Positions 25,481-40,600 of a DNA stretch of 64,000 bases are shown one piece after another. How positions within the stretch are numbered: the first letter of the stretch is position 1; each line of letters begins with the position of its first letter. The notes under the pieces were generated by a model, which was not told where the DNA came from, ran no database searches, and saw nothing but the letters and a program-made list of their open reading frames with translations. A program made the position numbers and the translations under genes. This DNA is from Octopus sinensis. Taxonomy: Eukaryota. Location: the NCBI RefSeq assembly GCF_006345805.1, contig NC_043014.1, positions 54,932,001 to 54,996,000 on the forward strand, written 5' to 3'.

Positions 25481-27628
25481 GACACCTGAAACAGGTAAGA
25501 ACAAATATGCAAGGCTCTTTTTTTCTTCAAGTTTAAAATGAGACATTGCTGGCATAATTTCGTTATATCTATATTCCACAACCCAGGGAAATACCCAAAG
25601 TGAAATGATTCGACCTTGTCGAGCTATATCGAAGGAATGCTTGAGAGATATTTGGCTGCTGTTTATAACAGGTTGGACCACTCGAGTAGAGCAGTGTTTA
25701 TTTACCTGTTGACTATATCCCATTCCCAGGCGTTAGGAAGGGCATCCAGCCGCAGAAACATTGCCAGATCAGACTGGGTCTGGTGCAGCCTTCTGGCTTC
25801 CCAGATCCCAGTTGAACCGTCCAACCCATGCTAACATGGAAAACGGATGCTAAATGAGGATGATGATGTTAAGTAACCGATTCACCTCGATCCACTCACG
25901 ACATTATATTATCCACGGAAATCGATCTTCCTATAAAATCAAAGAAACTGCGTCTCCATTGGTTTTTCAAAATCATTGCTATTAGCTCTCGGTTGTCCCT
26001 GATAAAAGTGTCAGTTTTTCAGGGAAGGGGTCGGGGATTTGAACTCAGAATGTACAGAACCAGAACACATGTCACAAGGCGTCCCGTCCGACGCTCCAGT
26101 ACTTTCGACAATCCGCAACCACTATCTTCATTTAATGTTTGTCTTCCAAACAAGTATGGATTAGGCGTTTGATAGGAGCTGACAAACCAGGGAACTGCAT
26201 CAAGCTCCGCTGTTTTGGCATAGTTTTTACGGCTGAATTCTCTTTCTAACGCTAATCACTTTACAAAGAGAACAGAGTGATCTTTACATGGCACTAGCAC
26301 CGGCAAGGTCTGTTTTCGCATGGCTTTAACGGCTGGATGCCCTTCCAAAAGGCACTAGTGACGGCGAGGTTTCATCATTATTAAACGTCCGCTCTCCATT
26401 GAGGACGGTTTAACAGGGAACCAGCGAGCTGCAGGGCTGTGCCGAGCCCAAATGTCACCCTTGGCATGGTCTCTATGCGTCGATGCCCTTTTTAACGCCA
26501 ATCATTTTACAGAGGGCAGTGGCTGCTTCTTTTCGTGCCACAGCTGTCAAACGAACAACCAGTCGGCTACTAAATAGTTTATTACGTAATTTTAGCAGCA
26601 TTATATTAACATTTACAACTTTAACATTGTCATTAAGTAAAAGTTTCATTAAAAAATATGTATTTAACAAAAGTGCAGTCGGGGACATTTTATTCCCAAT
26701 TTTTTCAACATCATTGTAATCTATACACCATCTAAAATAATGTATCTAAAATATTTCATTTAAAAGAATGTATTTTTAAGAAAGTTACGATGAAACAAAA
26801 TCTGTATGTCCAATTTTTCATCCTAGAGACAATTTCCCCCACTGGAATCCAAAATTTACTCACGGAGGGCTGAAATTTCTTCCATGCTAAGAATCGCGGC
26901 CGTAGGGTCAGTACCGTATGAACCTATGGGTACACCTAACAGTTTACTCGCCTCCTCGGACCCATCAGGCAACCAATTGCCAATCGGTAATTACAATGGT
27001 TATATATATATATATATATATATAAGTGACCCCAGTGTACCGCTATGCAACGTTCCTTCTAGATTTTTCTTGCGGGTGTGCGTAGAAATAAGCTTATGTT
27101 CAAATTTTGCCTTTCTTTACAAAGTAAGTACCCATCCATTCAAGTAACCAGTCAAACGCCTTATCAACAATCTACACAAATACGCACAATTTTTAAGTGT
27201 GAATCATTTACGATTTTATGAAATTATATAACTTCTCCAATAAAAAAAAAAAAAATTTGGTGTGTGGTTCTGTGGTAAGAAGCTTGCTTTTCAACCACAT
27301 GGTTCCGGGTTCAGTCCCACTGTTTGGCACCTCGGGCGAGTGTCTTCTGCAATAGCCTCGGGCCGACCAGAGCCTTGTGAGAGAATTTGGTAGACAGAAA
27401 GTGAAAGAAACCCGTTGTATGTGCGTGTGTGTGTGTGTCTCCGCCCCCCCCCCCCTTGTCAACCAGTGTTGGTGTTTACGTTCCGGTAACTCAGCGCTTA
27501 GAATAAGTATCAAGCTTAAAATATAAAAAAAAAATTCCTGGGGTCCCTTTAATGATTGAAGCAAATGAAAGATAACATCGAGGCAAATAGCGTCACAAAC
27601 ATGGTGAAGTCCTAGACATACTCTAAAT

Positions 27629-27854
27629 CAGCGATGGCCAACCTGAGGCCGAGGGCCGCATGATACTTTCTTGAAATGGGTTTATTTAAACATTAAAAAA
27701 AAAATTTATCAAAGATTAAATATTGTAATGAAAAATAAAAAAAGAAAGATACCCCTTTCAAGTCTGTCAGCAGTGCATAAAGTATATAAGTGACCCTCAA
27801 GAAATTTTCTTTGATTAAAATGGCCCGCAATGTAATTCGAGTTGGCCAGGCCTG
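27629..27854. mobile_element. hAT (Charlie-like) MITE
   Basis: TIR cagcgatggccaac / gttggccaggcctg; degenerate 8-bp TSD ctctaaat / ttctgaat. Confidence 0.65.
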
Positions 27855-30800
27855 TTCTGAATAAACGGTGAAAACTAGAACACCTTTAATAGCTAATGGA
27901 ATATACATGATATAATAGAGCCCTCTCAAAAAAAAAAAAAGGATTGTTACAGCTGGAGCATCTTTAATCACGGGTCTATGGAATTAAGGATCAACTTAGC
28001 TAAACACCAGCACAAACATTCTCAAATTGACTTAACTGTCCTTACCAGTGGGCACCAAAATAACTATGATATCTCCAACCCAATTAGGCAACCCAAATTA
28101 TTGATTGTTAATGGCACGTGGCAAAGTCGTCAGAGCCTTCGAATAGCGTTTTACAATCTTTGTTCCTGTTCTTTTGCATTTCGAGTTCAAATCCTGCTAT
28201 GGCCCGGTTTAGCCTCGCCTGGCACATGTACCTTTAGCAGTCCTAGCCTGTTGCAAACATTCGGGCAAGACTTCTAGCCAATGAGGTCAAGACAGGTCAC
28301 TTACACAGTTAGAAATAACAGCTAATTTTCCTGAATTCATACAATAATGCGAGGGTTATGGAATTTACTCTCCTGACGTAATCTTTCACAATGTCCCGAC
28401 AGTTTTTGCGTACCCAGTGTGAAAGATCTGGAATAAAATGGTCGGATACCTTAAAACAGACGATAGTTTTTCTAAAATTCATCAACAGAATCGTAATTTA
28501 CCTCAATGGAGATATATTTCTACAAAATTTCATTAAAATAAATGTTTTTTTCAAAGAATAATGACGACAGAATATCATACGTGAGTGGGGTGGACCAAGC
28601 AGTAGTACCTGTCAAGTACTGGTACTTTATTTGCATATATAATTGACTGTTCCCTCTTAAAATATTTTTAACGAGATGAATTAGCTTAGCTTTTTCAAAC
28701 AATTAACTCCATTTCTAGGCCCCAGTCACATATTTTCCATTGACAGAATTTCACATTTGCTTTCGGTTCTAATCATTGCCGAAAACATTTGTTCACGATA
28801 ACCTGGGGATGGGATCAGCTAAAAGTTTCCTATAAACTTTATCTTTAAGCCCACGAGTTTTTTGTTGGTTGTGAATATTTCAAACTTCCAGTATATTTAC
28901 AAACTTCGCGCTCCCTGCAATTTCCCTTCCGTACGTCTACGGCTACGCGTGTCGCGGTTTCAAGAATCTCCCGGTCTTATGGCTCTAACTAATAGGGAAA
29001 CATTGGAAAACATAGTTCTCAACATCCCCTCCTCCCTACGAAAAGAAAACACGACAGTCCAGGCAGGCCTACCTCCGGGTTTAAACAATTAAAATAAGAG
29101 TTTTGCATGAAAGACAAGTCTCAGATTAAGAAAGAAAAAAAAACTTCATGCTATATTATCACAAGCGAATATATTTTTAAGAAAAACATTTTGGGCTGTT
29201 TACCCCGTTATTTGCGTAAGACCTGAAAACTAATACATCCATTTGTAATTTAATTATTTTTTCTACTCTAATTTGCTACATAATTAATTTTTTTACAACA
29301 ATCTCTTGCGGTTTCATTAAAAGAGCTGCTTGTAATATATTCCTCATATCCTCAATAAAACAACTTCAAACAATTCATAGACACCGAATGAACAGAAGTT
29401 ACAGCACCAGAATAACACATAAGATTCCCATTAATGGAATTTTAGGATTCGTTAATGTTGAAGTTAAACACGAGAGCAGGGAAACCTTTTTTTTATCATT
29501 TCAAACGTTTCCAAAGTTTGGTGAGATGGCAGAATTGTGGGGAAAATACCTTCTGGCATTTTTTCCAGCTCTCTCTGAGTTTAAATCCCTCCGAAGTCGA
29601 TAGAATAAAGTACAACTCAAGAACTAGTGCTGGTAGTATCGTCTAATCTACACTCTTCAGAAATTAGAACAGCTGGAACAATTGAGATTGTCCCGAATGA
29701 ATTACTGGTATTTACATTATCAACTTCAGAGTTTGACTCTGCTAAGGTGTGAAGTTTGGAGTCATGTTGTGTAAAAAGACGAAATAAAATACAGCTAATT
29801 AATGAAAGGTGATCAGTGAAACCCCCCCGCCCAAATTTTTTTTTAAATGGCTCAAATAAACTACAAAACAAATATAGTGAACAAAGCATTTTATCACCTG
29901 ACTGACATTTTCTCATAACTTTCCAATTCCCCAGCAATTAAGAATTTGCCACAACTGACAAGCAAAAATAAACGTTATTCCTTTTGTGAGTTTAACGAAA
30001 CAACATTACGACAGAAATGGTGATTGTAAAATGCTTGACTTAAAAATTATTGGTACTCGAAGAACAAACAAATACAGCTAAATTAAAGCATCAATCGAGG
30101 AATATAAAGACCTTACCTCGTATGAAGAGCCATGATAATTGTTCCCGAAGCGATGTCACTTTTTATTTCGTTGTAATTTTATTTTCCCTTTTTTTTTTGT
30201 TTTGGTATGTTTATATTATTCTGGTCGGAGTAATTTCAGCAATATGTCCAAATAGAGGGGAGGGGCACGGTTGGCCTGAATGCAACGATGTTATTGTTAC
30301 CTGTTGCAGTTGGAGTTGAAACCCAAAAAGGAGAGATTATTCTTTGTAAGTGGTGTGAGAGGGGGGAAGGGTTATTAAAGTAAAGGAGGGACGGCTTCAC
30401 TATTGACCACTGAATGGACGGACGACAAGGTGGGGGGGAAAGGGTTTTTTTTTTTTTTTTTTTTGTAACCAAACTGGGCTTAAAGAAGGAAGGACGATGC
30501 AGATTTAGTCAGTTCTGTCCTGATGTACCGGGGTAAGTATGTTTCGCAGTTGCTGAGGTGGAGGAGGAGTCAGCCTCTTCACATTGTTTGGTCTTCCTTT
30601 TCTTTTTATGATTGTCGTTATTTTCCCTTTTTTCTTCTCTTTCTTTTTTTTATATATTTTAAGACCACACTCCTGATAAACTTTAAATCTATTTATACAC
30701 CCTCTCTCTCTCTCTCTCTCCACACACACACACATACACACATAGATATACACGTACACAGGTGAAATGGTCTCAGACGTCGAATCTGTCACCTTTTTTT

Positions 30801-31624
30801 TTTGTTTCCGTCATTAGACTATGGCCATGCGGCAGCACCATCTTTGAGAATCTTTTCTTAAACGAATAAACCCAAGTATTTATTTTTTTAAAGTCACCTA
30901 ATTATTCTTTGTTTTTTTTTTCGCTTTTGCCGAACCGCAAAGTTACGGGAGACTGACGCAGGCGCGCGCACACACACACACACACACAAATACGACAGGC
31001 TTCTTTTAGTTTCCGTCTACCAAATCCACTCACAAAGCTTTGGTCGGTCCAAGGCTATAGTAGAAGACGCTTGCCCAAAGTGTCACTCTGTGGGACTGAA
31101 CCCGGAGCCATGTGCTTCAGAAGCAAGCATTTTACAATCCAGCCACGCCTGTAGTCCATATATATTCTTTTATTCTTTTACTATTTTCAGTCACCGAAAT
31201 GCGGCCATGCTGGAGCACCGCCTTCAAGGATTCTTTTTTTCTCTCTTTCCTACATCGATAAATAAAGTACTGGGATCGATTCTTCGCTGCCCCTTTTTCT
31301 TTGGGGTTCAGCAAAGTTACGCCGTAAAAAAGGGGTCGTCGTAGGAGGCCACTCACAGCGTCACTTTTCTCCAGAAACGTAAAAAAAGGGTTGAGTGAGT
31401 GGGGTGGCAATCTATTCTCAGAAAAAAAACTGATTCTTTTCTTTTAATGGTTTCAGTCGTAGGATTGTGGCCATGCTGGAGCACCACCTTTATATTCATT
31501 CAGTTTTGTTTGTTACTTTATGGCTGGAAGTTGGTCTTTAATTGAGTTTGTACAAGCTGATCGTCCCTGAGTGTATCCTTAAAAGATTGGCTGGTCTGGT
31601 ATCGTCCGTACAGTTTATTCTCTT

Positions 31625-32014
31625 TACTCTTTACTTGTTTCAGTCATTTGACTGCGGCCATGCTGGAGCACCGCCTTTTAATCGAGCAAATCGACCCCGG
31701 GACTTATTCTTTGTAAGCCTTGTACTTATTCTATCGGTCTCTTTAGCCGAACCGCTAAGTAACGGGGAGATAAACACACCAGCATCGGTTGTCAAGCAAT
31801 GCTAGGGGGGCAAATACAGACACACAAACACACACGCATATACATATATACGACGGGCTTCTTTTCAGTTTCCGTCTACCAAATCCACTCACAAGGCTTT
31901 GGTCGGCCCGAGGCTATAGTAGAAGACACTTGCCCAAGGTGTCACGCAGTGAGACTGAACCCGGAACCATGTGGTTGGTAAACAAGCTACTTACCACACA
32001 GCCACTCCTGCGCC
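31625..32014 (-). mobile_element. SINE family A
   Basis: Matches the family consensus. Confidence 0.9.
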
Positions 32015-32120
32015 ATTCGTACAGTTTATTCGAGGACTTTCTTTTTAAAAGTTTAAGTAGAGGTCCCTTTTATATTTCTGATTTCTTTAGGTAAGCAGTT
32101 GAGGACCTCTAAATACCAGA

Positions 32121-32266
32121 TTAAATGTCAGGAGGGTGTTTTGCTTGTAATTTCGATGGTGGTGGTCTATTTGGAAGCTGACAGTATCTGCCAGTTCGTG
32201 CATTAAAATTCTCTCTAATGCCGAAGTTTAGAACAGGCACCTCAGAATTTTCCATGTGTATTTGGT

Positions 32267-32318
<52 letters not shown>

Positions 32319-32402
32319 GAGTTCAAGGGAGTAGAGATGCAGAAGTTTCAGGGGTCCCCAATAATTAAGGCTCTTGACCGAAGTTATTTTACAGGTGAAC
32401 AT
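32121..32402 (-). mobile_element. CR1/L2-type LINE ORF2 C-terminal remnant interrupted by (GA)n
   Basis: NYWGPLKLLHLYSLELRRE(RE)n...NFGIRENFNARTGRYC resembles the LINE SYWERLKxLxLYSLERRRERY motif. Confidence 0.75.
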
Positions 32403-32882
32403 TCTTCGTTACCTTTCAATTTTTTCTATGAGACCGGATGAAATTAGGGACCAAAGCTGCGTGCTTTTACTGGAACCGTCCCAGGACGGACGACGGGCGA
32501 TTCGGATCGGAAATGAAGAAGCGTCAGAGGCAAACCTCACTGGATCGTTTATCTTTTACTCGTTTCAGTCATTGGACTGCGGCTAAGCTGGAGCAGCACT
32601 TTGAGTGGTTTACGCGAACGAACCGGCTCTTTATTTTTCAAGTCTTGCACTTATTCTATCGGATTGTTTTGCCGAACCACAAAGTTTTGGGCGTAAACAA
32701 ACCAAAACCGGTTACCAAGCTGTGGGGAACAAAAACAAAACCACACACATACACACACACATATACATATATATATACATACATACATACACACACATAT
32801 ACATATATATATACATACATACACACACATATACATATATATATATACATACATACACACATATACATATATATACATACAT

Positions 32883-32915
<33 letters not shown>

Positions 32916-34125
32916 CATACACACTCATACATATATATATATATATACATACACACACATATGACGGGCTTCCATACAGTTTCCATCATCGACCAAATCC
33001 ACTCCCAAGCCATTGGTAGGCCCGGGGATATGTACAAGTCATTAAAAAAGGTAATTTTCGTTTATATTAATTTATTCCTTTATAATTAGTTCCCGCAATA
33101 AATGTAATTACATTTTCCGCATATTTAATAAAAAAAACTTCCTTCAATGCGACCTTATTTAATAACAGTTACTGGCACTGTGTGGTTGAATAGTTTAGAA
33201 GTTAGTTTCGCAACCACGGCATTCCGAGTTCGATCCGTCTGCGTGGCACCTTGAGCAAATGTCATTTTCTGTGTAACCTCATATCGACTGAAACGTTGTC
33301 TGAGATGGATTCTACTCGAAGAGTCGAATACGACCTTCTCTCTCTCTCTCTCAAATACATTGGTGACAAATGTGATCTGAATTCTGTAATTAAATGCGAC
33401 CTTGAATCAAGCTAATTAAATAAATTATGTGCTTATTTATTTCTGGTCCTTTATGATCTGCGTTCAAATCCAGCTGATGTCAACTTTACTTTTCACTCCT
33501 CCGGGGACAATAAACGAAGTACCGGCCTTCTTCTTCTTCTTCTTCTTCTTCTTCTTCTTCCATATTTCGCTCTCTCCCTCCCCCTCACTTTCCTTCTCGC
33601 TCTCTTTCTCCCTCTTCTCGTGGAAGAAATCAGCTGTTGTCAAAGCTAGAGAGGGATGGTCACCGCCAGGTTTAGATGCCTCGAGATAATCCGTTTATCA
33701 CAACGGGGCCCCTATGACGCAATCAATTGTTGGGGGGTCAATGAAGGAAGTAAAGGAAGTAAATCGTTAAAGTATCAGACAAAAATCCCTCCGAACTCGG
33801 AACCATGTGACTGGAAAGCAAGCGTTTTTTTATTATTATTACACAGCCATGCCTTGATGTTACGATAGGCTCCGGAACAGGGGCTACAGGAAGTGCGAGC
33901 GTGTCCCCTAATATTTGTGGGCGGTTGAGGTGGGGGGGGGGGGGGCAATGAAAATGCTTCGAATATCCTCCTGAAAAACTAGGTTTGCATCCCCTTATGA
34001 AAATTTCGTCCCCACATGCATGCATACATACATTGCAGATGGAAGATGGGAACAGCAAGTCAATTGCGAGTGTATAGTGAAGACAATCCTATAGTCATAC
34101 ACCAGGTCTTGTGTGTATGCGTATA

Positions 34126-34157
<32 letters not shown>

Positions 34158-35389
34158 CGTGCGTGTGTACGTGTACACGCGTGCGTGCGTGCGCGCTCAT
34201 GCCCGAGCGTGGTTTCTAATATCTTGAGTGTATAATGAATAGTATTGCTTTCCATTTCTGTTTTTGTCTGATCAAAGGTGGTGATCCACAATCCACATTC
34301 ACATCGTCTGCCATTTTCAGTCAGTTTCTTTTTTTCCTTCTACATTTTACAATACTCGTCCCTGTGGTTAGTGGCGGCGGAGACAGACAAAGGAAGAGAT
34401 CGAAAGAGAGAGAGAGAGAGAGAGAGAGAGAATGTGTGAGAGTGTCTCTCGGTACATACGTCTGCGTATGTGCCTGTATAATTAAACTGATAGACAAGTA
34501 ATTTGAGCCGCTCTATTAAAAAGAAAATTCACTGAAAACAAGTGGGAATTAAAACTCCAAGTGACAATTGTGACAGCTATCAAGTTATTTCGAAAGCGAC
34601 CTCGTCCCTCTCTCTATGCTCCCACTAACCTTTCAGTATGGCTGGTCAATGTCTTCAGATCACACTCCCAACACGTACCGGTTGGCCAGATATCGAAAAA
34701 TTAAACGGACTCGTGGCATCTGCCTTCGAACGAACGGATTAGTAGAATTGTCAGTGCGTCGAACAAATTGCTTAGCAACGTTTCTTTCCGACCCTACGTT
34801 TTCTGCTCAAATTCCGCCGAAACCAACTTTGCCCTTCATCCGTTCGAGATCCCTAAATAAAGAACCAGCCAAGTACTGAGAGATATAGTACGAACTTATC
34901 CCCTCCCCCCTCGGGATTGCTGGTTAAATAAGTGACCATTATTTTCCTGGTTTCAAAGATGGCGACTTAGCAGAAATCGTTGGGTTTTCGAAACAAATTC
35001 TTTACGGTATTTTGAGGTCAACTATGCATTTCATCTCTCCGAGGTCGATAAATAAAGTACAATTCAATGAAGTACTGGAGTCGTCGATGATAGCAACTTT
35101 TTCCCTACCCTCAAAAGTGCAGGAACCAGCAACCATTTTTTTTAGCTTCTGACAACAGAAAGAGTCCAGGCTGGAGCACTGTCTCCAAGATTTTTTTTCT
35201 AAAGTTAGTTATATAAACTCCTGTACTTAACTTGGTATTAATCGCAAGTTATCTTATGGCTAAGTTCATCTCAGTTACGCCCCTTTAGAGGTATGCTGCA
35301 CCTTTGTGGTCTTACGGAAGGTTCACATGCAGAAAAGAAGTCAAGGAAATATCACGTGGTCAGATTCAGGTATGTTTCAGGATAACTCT

Positions 35390-35810
35390 TTTACTCCTTT
35401 ATTTGTTTCAGTCATTTGACTGTGGCCATGCTGGAGCACCGCCTTTTGTTGATCGAGCAAATCGACCCCAGGACTTATTCTTTGTAAGCCTAGTACTTGG
35501 TTCTCTCCTATGGTTTTCTTTTGCCGAACCGCTAAGTTACGGGAACGTAAACACACCAGGATCGGTTGTCAAGCAATGCTAGGGGGACAAACACAGACAC
35601 ACAAACATATAGACACACATATACATATATATATATATACATATATACGACGGGCTTCTTTCAGTTTCCATCTACCAAATCCACTCACAAGGCTTTGGTC
35701 GGCCCGAGGCTATAGTAGAAGATACTTGCCCAAGGTACCATGCAGTGGGACTGAACTCGGAACCATGTGGTTCGTAAGCAAGCTACTTACCACTCAGCCA
35801 TTCCTAAGCC
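35390..35810 (-). mobile_element. SINE family A
   Basis: Matches the family consensus. Confidence 0.88.
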
Positions 35811-36659
35811 TATGAGCCACTCCTATACCTTGAACTCTAGCAAACAATTCTTGGTATATTCTATTTGTTGTGTTCGAGTTCTGGTTCATTTCGAAAATGT
35901 CTCAGGAAGCGTTCGAACTTAAGCCGGAAATCAAACAAAAGCGGAGGTAGTGGGTCGGTTAAATGACTTGTACTGTACTATTTGTTAAGAGAGGTCGGTC
36001 TTCTGTTTCGAGCAAATCGGGCGACCACCGGCAGCCAATGGACGTAGGCGCAGAGAGGAAGAAAAGACTAAGGAAGCTATGGCGCAAACGAGCGATTTTG
36101 CTTTAGCTGTCAAACGTTGCTTGTGATTTAAATGTGGGTTGCATTTAAATATGCCTGGTATTTATTCCATCGGTAACTTTGCCAAACGGTTAAGTTACGA
36201 GGATATAAAGAAACCAATACCCATTTTCAAGCTATGGTTGAGCAAACAATGAATTTGAGCCAACAAAGATAGAGAACATTTCTTGCATGACCGCAGTCAA
36301 ATGACTGAAACAAATAAAAGAATAAAAGAACATGCATACATACGACGGGCTTCTTTCAGTTTCCGCCTACCAAATCCACTCACAAGGCTTGAGGCTATAG
36401 TAGAAGACACTTGCCCAAGGTGCCACGCATTGGGACTGAACCCGGAACCATGTGGTTGGTGAGCAAGCTACTTACCACACAGCCACTCCTGCGCCTAAGT
36501 GTACACAAATGCATAGAAATAACTTTTAATTCCACTGGACATTTCTAAAATTCTATTAAATTTCATTCAATTTTGAAAAAGGTGAAATCGGACAGAACTT
36601 ATGGGATGACCTGATATATAATACACACAAACACACACATACATATATATATATAATCT

Positions 36660-36820
36660 AAGGAGTGGCTGTGTGGTAAGTAGCTTGCTAACCAACCACA
36701 TGGTTCTGGGTTCAGTCCCACTGCATGGCATCTTGGGCATGTGTCTTCTGCTACAGCCCCGGGCCGACCAAAGCCTTGTGAGTGGATTTGGTAGACGGAA
36801 ACTGAAAGAAGCCTGTCGTA

Positions 36821-36863
<43 letters not shown>

Positions 36864-37085
36864 ATATGTTTGTGTGTCTGTGTTTGTCCCCCTAGCATTG
36901 CTTGACAACCGATGATGGTGTGTTTACGTCTCCGTCACTTAGTGGTTCGGCAAAAGAGACCGATAGAATAAGTACTGGGCTTACAAAGAATAAGTCCCGG
37001 GGTCGATTTGCTCGACTAAAGGCGGTGCTCCAGCATGGCCGCAGTCAAATGACTGAAACAAGTAAAAGAGTAAAGAGTAAAAGAG
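36660..37085 (+). mobile_element. SINE family A
   Basis: Matches the family consensus. Confidence 0.9.
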
Positions 37086-37831
37086 ATATACACACATACA
37101 TACACACACATGCTCACATGTATGTATGCATGTGTGAGTGTGTGTATGTATATGTGTGTATGGGGGTGAGTATGTGTGTGCGTGTGTGTGTGTGCGTGCG
37201 TATTCTTTTGGACTCGTGCTGTTTCTTTTCAAATTGTTTGGAGATTTTTCCATTCAAGCCGTGCACAAAATCTCAACCTTTTCATTGGTCAATAATTCAA
37301 TGACGTCATCACTCCATTCATTCAGTCGCGTCTGAAGGCATCTGCTTAACAGTTCTACGCCTCCCTGCCTCCCTCATCTCTCAAGGGTTCACGCTCCCAT
37401 TCTCCTCGATTCGGGGCTTGTTTACTTCTTGGTCGTTTTAATTCTGACCGATGGACATTATAAATTTCACCAGCATTTATGGCCATCAGTAGCTAGCTCA
37501 GCAGCCCTGAAACACCGATTCAGAAACACAGCGGGGGTGCTTTCTAACCAATCCCTCATTAAGTTCACAAAAAGAAGAAGAAAAAGAAACGTCTAGGGAT
37601 TGTAGGGGCTGCAGTTTGGAATGCTTGTTGCTTGTTTTGTTCCTGGGGCCTACCTTCATCGATCAGACCAGTGATCAAAGGCGACCTTCCTGTCGTCCCC
37701 ACCGTCTCGCCTTTTATTCATGTGTCCCTCATTTTTTAAGGTCATTGGCACTCACCCCTCCACCTCCTCCTCCACACCAGGATATTTTATTGAAATACGA
37801 TAAAAAAAAAACATTTCATCTAAATACGGAT

Positions 37832-38056
37832 TACTCTTTTACTCTTTTACTTGTTTCAGTCATTTGAACCATGCGGCCATGCTGGAGCACCGCCTTTAGT
37901 CGAGCAACTCGACCCCGGGACTTATTCTTTTTGTAAGCCCAGTACTTATTCTATCGGTCTCTTTTGCCGAACCGCTAGTTGACGGCGACATAAACACACC
38001 AGCATCGGTTGTCAAGCAATGCTAGGGGGACAAACACAGACACACAAACATACACG

Positions 38057-38128
<72 letters not shown>

Positions 38129-38295
38129 TACGACGGGCTTCCTTCAGTTTCCGTCTACCAAATCCACTCACAAGGCTTTGGTCGGTCCGAGGCTAAAGCA
38201 GAAGACACTTGCCCAAGGTGCCACACAGTGGGACTGAACGCAGAACCATGTGGTTGGTAAGCAAGCTACTTACCACACAGCCACTCCTGCGCCTA
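37832..38295 (-). mobile_element. SINE family A
   Basis: Matches the family consensus. Confidence 0.9.
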
Positions 38296-38520
38296 TATGG
38301 TTTATTAAGGTTTCTCATTTTACTTTTAGTCATTGGGCTGCGGATATTGGTGGAGCAGCATTTGTTGAGTTAATCGCAGAAATCGACCTCAAGACTTACT
38401 CTATCGATGTCTTTTGCCGAACCGCTTGATTACGGAGACTCTCAAGCGGGGATGGAGAAACAAACACAAGGACAAACATTTGCACACATACGCACACACA
38501 TACATACACACACACACACA

Positions 38521-38604
<84 letters not shown>

Positions 38605-39929
38605 CGCGCGCGCGTGTGTGTGTGTGGTGTAATATATATATAGGTAAATAAAAATTGAAAACACACGGGAAAATATCGGCTCTGTTCAGTTTGCCTCATA
38701 GATTTTTTAAAACTAAACAGTTTGAAATTTTGTATACTGGTGTAATTTCTCACGCAGAACACAGTTTACTTTAAACATTTTTGACGAAATTTCGTGTTTT
38801 AGGAGTTAACAATACATCTCATAGTTATAAAACAATGCATTTTGAAACTATATACACGTCAACAACGGAAAAGCTAGCTGCGGACCCATAGATCTACAGG
38901 TCTTTTGAACACCAGTGTGCTTTACGTGTGGATAAAACCAAAATTTTACTCCAAATTCGATCCTACGGCTTAAATACTGATGTTGCTCCAGTCCACTCAG
39001 CTGGCAAAAATTAGTAACGCTGCGATGGACTGGCGTCCCATCCAGCTGGGGAACACATACGCCATTGAAACCGGGAAACCGGGCCCATGAGCCTGGCTAG
39101 GCTTTAAAAGGGCGCATTTATTTTTAAGAAGAAGACACATTTTATTACATGTTCCCTGCCTATTATTCTCGCCTGTTGCATTGGGAATTTTATGAGAATA
39201 AACTGATCTCTTAACGTTCTCGAGTCACACATGGGTCAAGGCTGATTAGAAAGGAAAAAAATCCTTTGTTTAGCCTGAAGCAATTTAATCAGAGAAAATA
39301 TGAATAAGCAACCAAAAATCAGTTCCTCTTCTTTGGTCACCTGATGCCCAGCCGAAAAGCACACCTCGCGTTCTCCTTTGGTTACGGATTTTCATCGTAC
39401 GACAACATGACTCTTAATCCTTATTTCTGCCTAGATTCTCTTACACTTTTTCTCTCTAGTAGTCACTCACAGACGAAGCTAACTACCATGCAGAATGGAC
39501 TATAGAACAGCAAATAACCTCTGTATACAAACAACTCGAAGAAGTCTTCTACATTGTAGCGACGATGATAAAAATACAAATAAAGGACCATTTCAACTAA
39601 CAATTAATATACTTCTCTCACTCATTCGGTGCATATTATCTGCAACACATGGCCATGATAATTGGTGACTTCCTATGTTTATAAACTGTTAAAATTAGAC
39701 TTTATACTTAACCGTTACAAACCGACAACTTCCGACGTCCATTGATCGTTACACATAATCGTTACACACTTAATAAATTTATTGCAAATAAGGAGAGGGA
39801 AAAAGAATCTGTTGAATGACGTTCACGACTTTCTTCGGAGTGAACTGAACAAAGGAAAGTGAAATTTAACGTTTGGAGACGAATATCTAGAGCTGTGATG
39901 ACATGTACATCCGTATGAAATAAATAGTC

Positions 39930-40600
39930 AGCTATGTAGGTATTATTTTATTCATATCTCTTGGTGGTATCGTTGGCAAGTTCAGAATCACAAACATCAA
40001 GAAACATTTCATTCGAAATTTATATCCACATTCTCGTTCAATGGCTGCCCTCAATTCGTTGATTGTTTTCGGTTTTGTAACGTAATCTTTATTTTTAAGT
40101 ATCTCTATTTTTAAAAAAAGTTCTAGCGGTCTGAGGTTCGGTGAACGTGAAGAGTATTTCATTGAACTTCGTCCAGTCCACTTATTCGGCAAAATCTCGT
40201 TACGGTAGGTCTTCACATTACTATTGTAGCGTAAGGGTACCCCCATCTTGCTGAAAATGAAATGCCATATCTTCGAAGTCGTTTTGGATGCTTAGCATAA
40301 CATCTTGTTGCAGCAAGTTCAAGTAAATAAGATCGGTCAGCGTACCGTGAAAAAAGAAGGGTTCGGTTAATCCTTTTCACGACCAGCCGTTCCATACTGT
40401 GACTCCAAGTATATTAACACGATATTCCTTCATAAAATGCAGAATCTCAGATCCCCTACCACACGCAATTGTAGCATTTAAGCAAGCCACTTCATCTAAA
40501 TGCAGTCTCATTGCTGCAAACAATCTTGTTCATCAAAATATTCGTCACTCTGTCTTGAGTTACAAACATTCGTCATATTCTTCGTCAAAAACCTAATGAA
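39930..40600 (-). mobile_element. Degenerate Tc1/mariner DD37D-like transposase
   Basis: GVTVWNGWS*KGLTEPFFFHGT...FHFQQDG, a frameshift, then KWTGR...RSPNLRPL...TKPKTINELRAAIE. Confidence 0.85.

Noticed and set aside
16233-30345. Chain of plus-strand mini-exons (16463-16494 MPSSAIKSEL, 17882-17903, 21961-21983, 27063-27123, 28557-28580, 29661-29707, 30239-30345)
   Set aside because: Each has plausible AG/GT ends, but GTAAGT-like donors are common by chance in AT-rich DNA. Several phase combinations work and none gives a recognisable protein; needs RNA-seq.
35897-35946. Possible first coding exon MSQEAFELKPEIKQKR in a CpG-rich patch
   Set aside because: Only ATG context and a mediocre donor; no linked exons.
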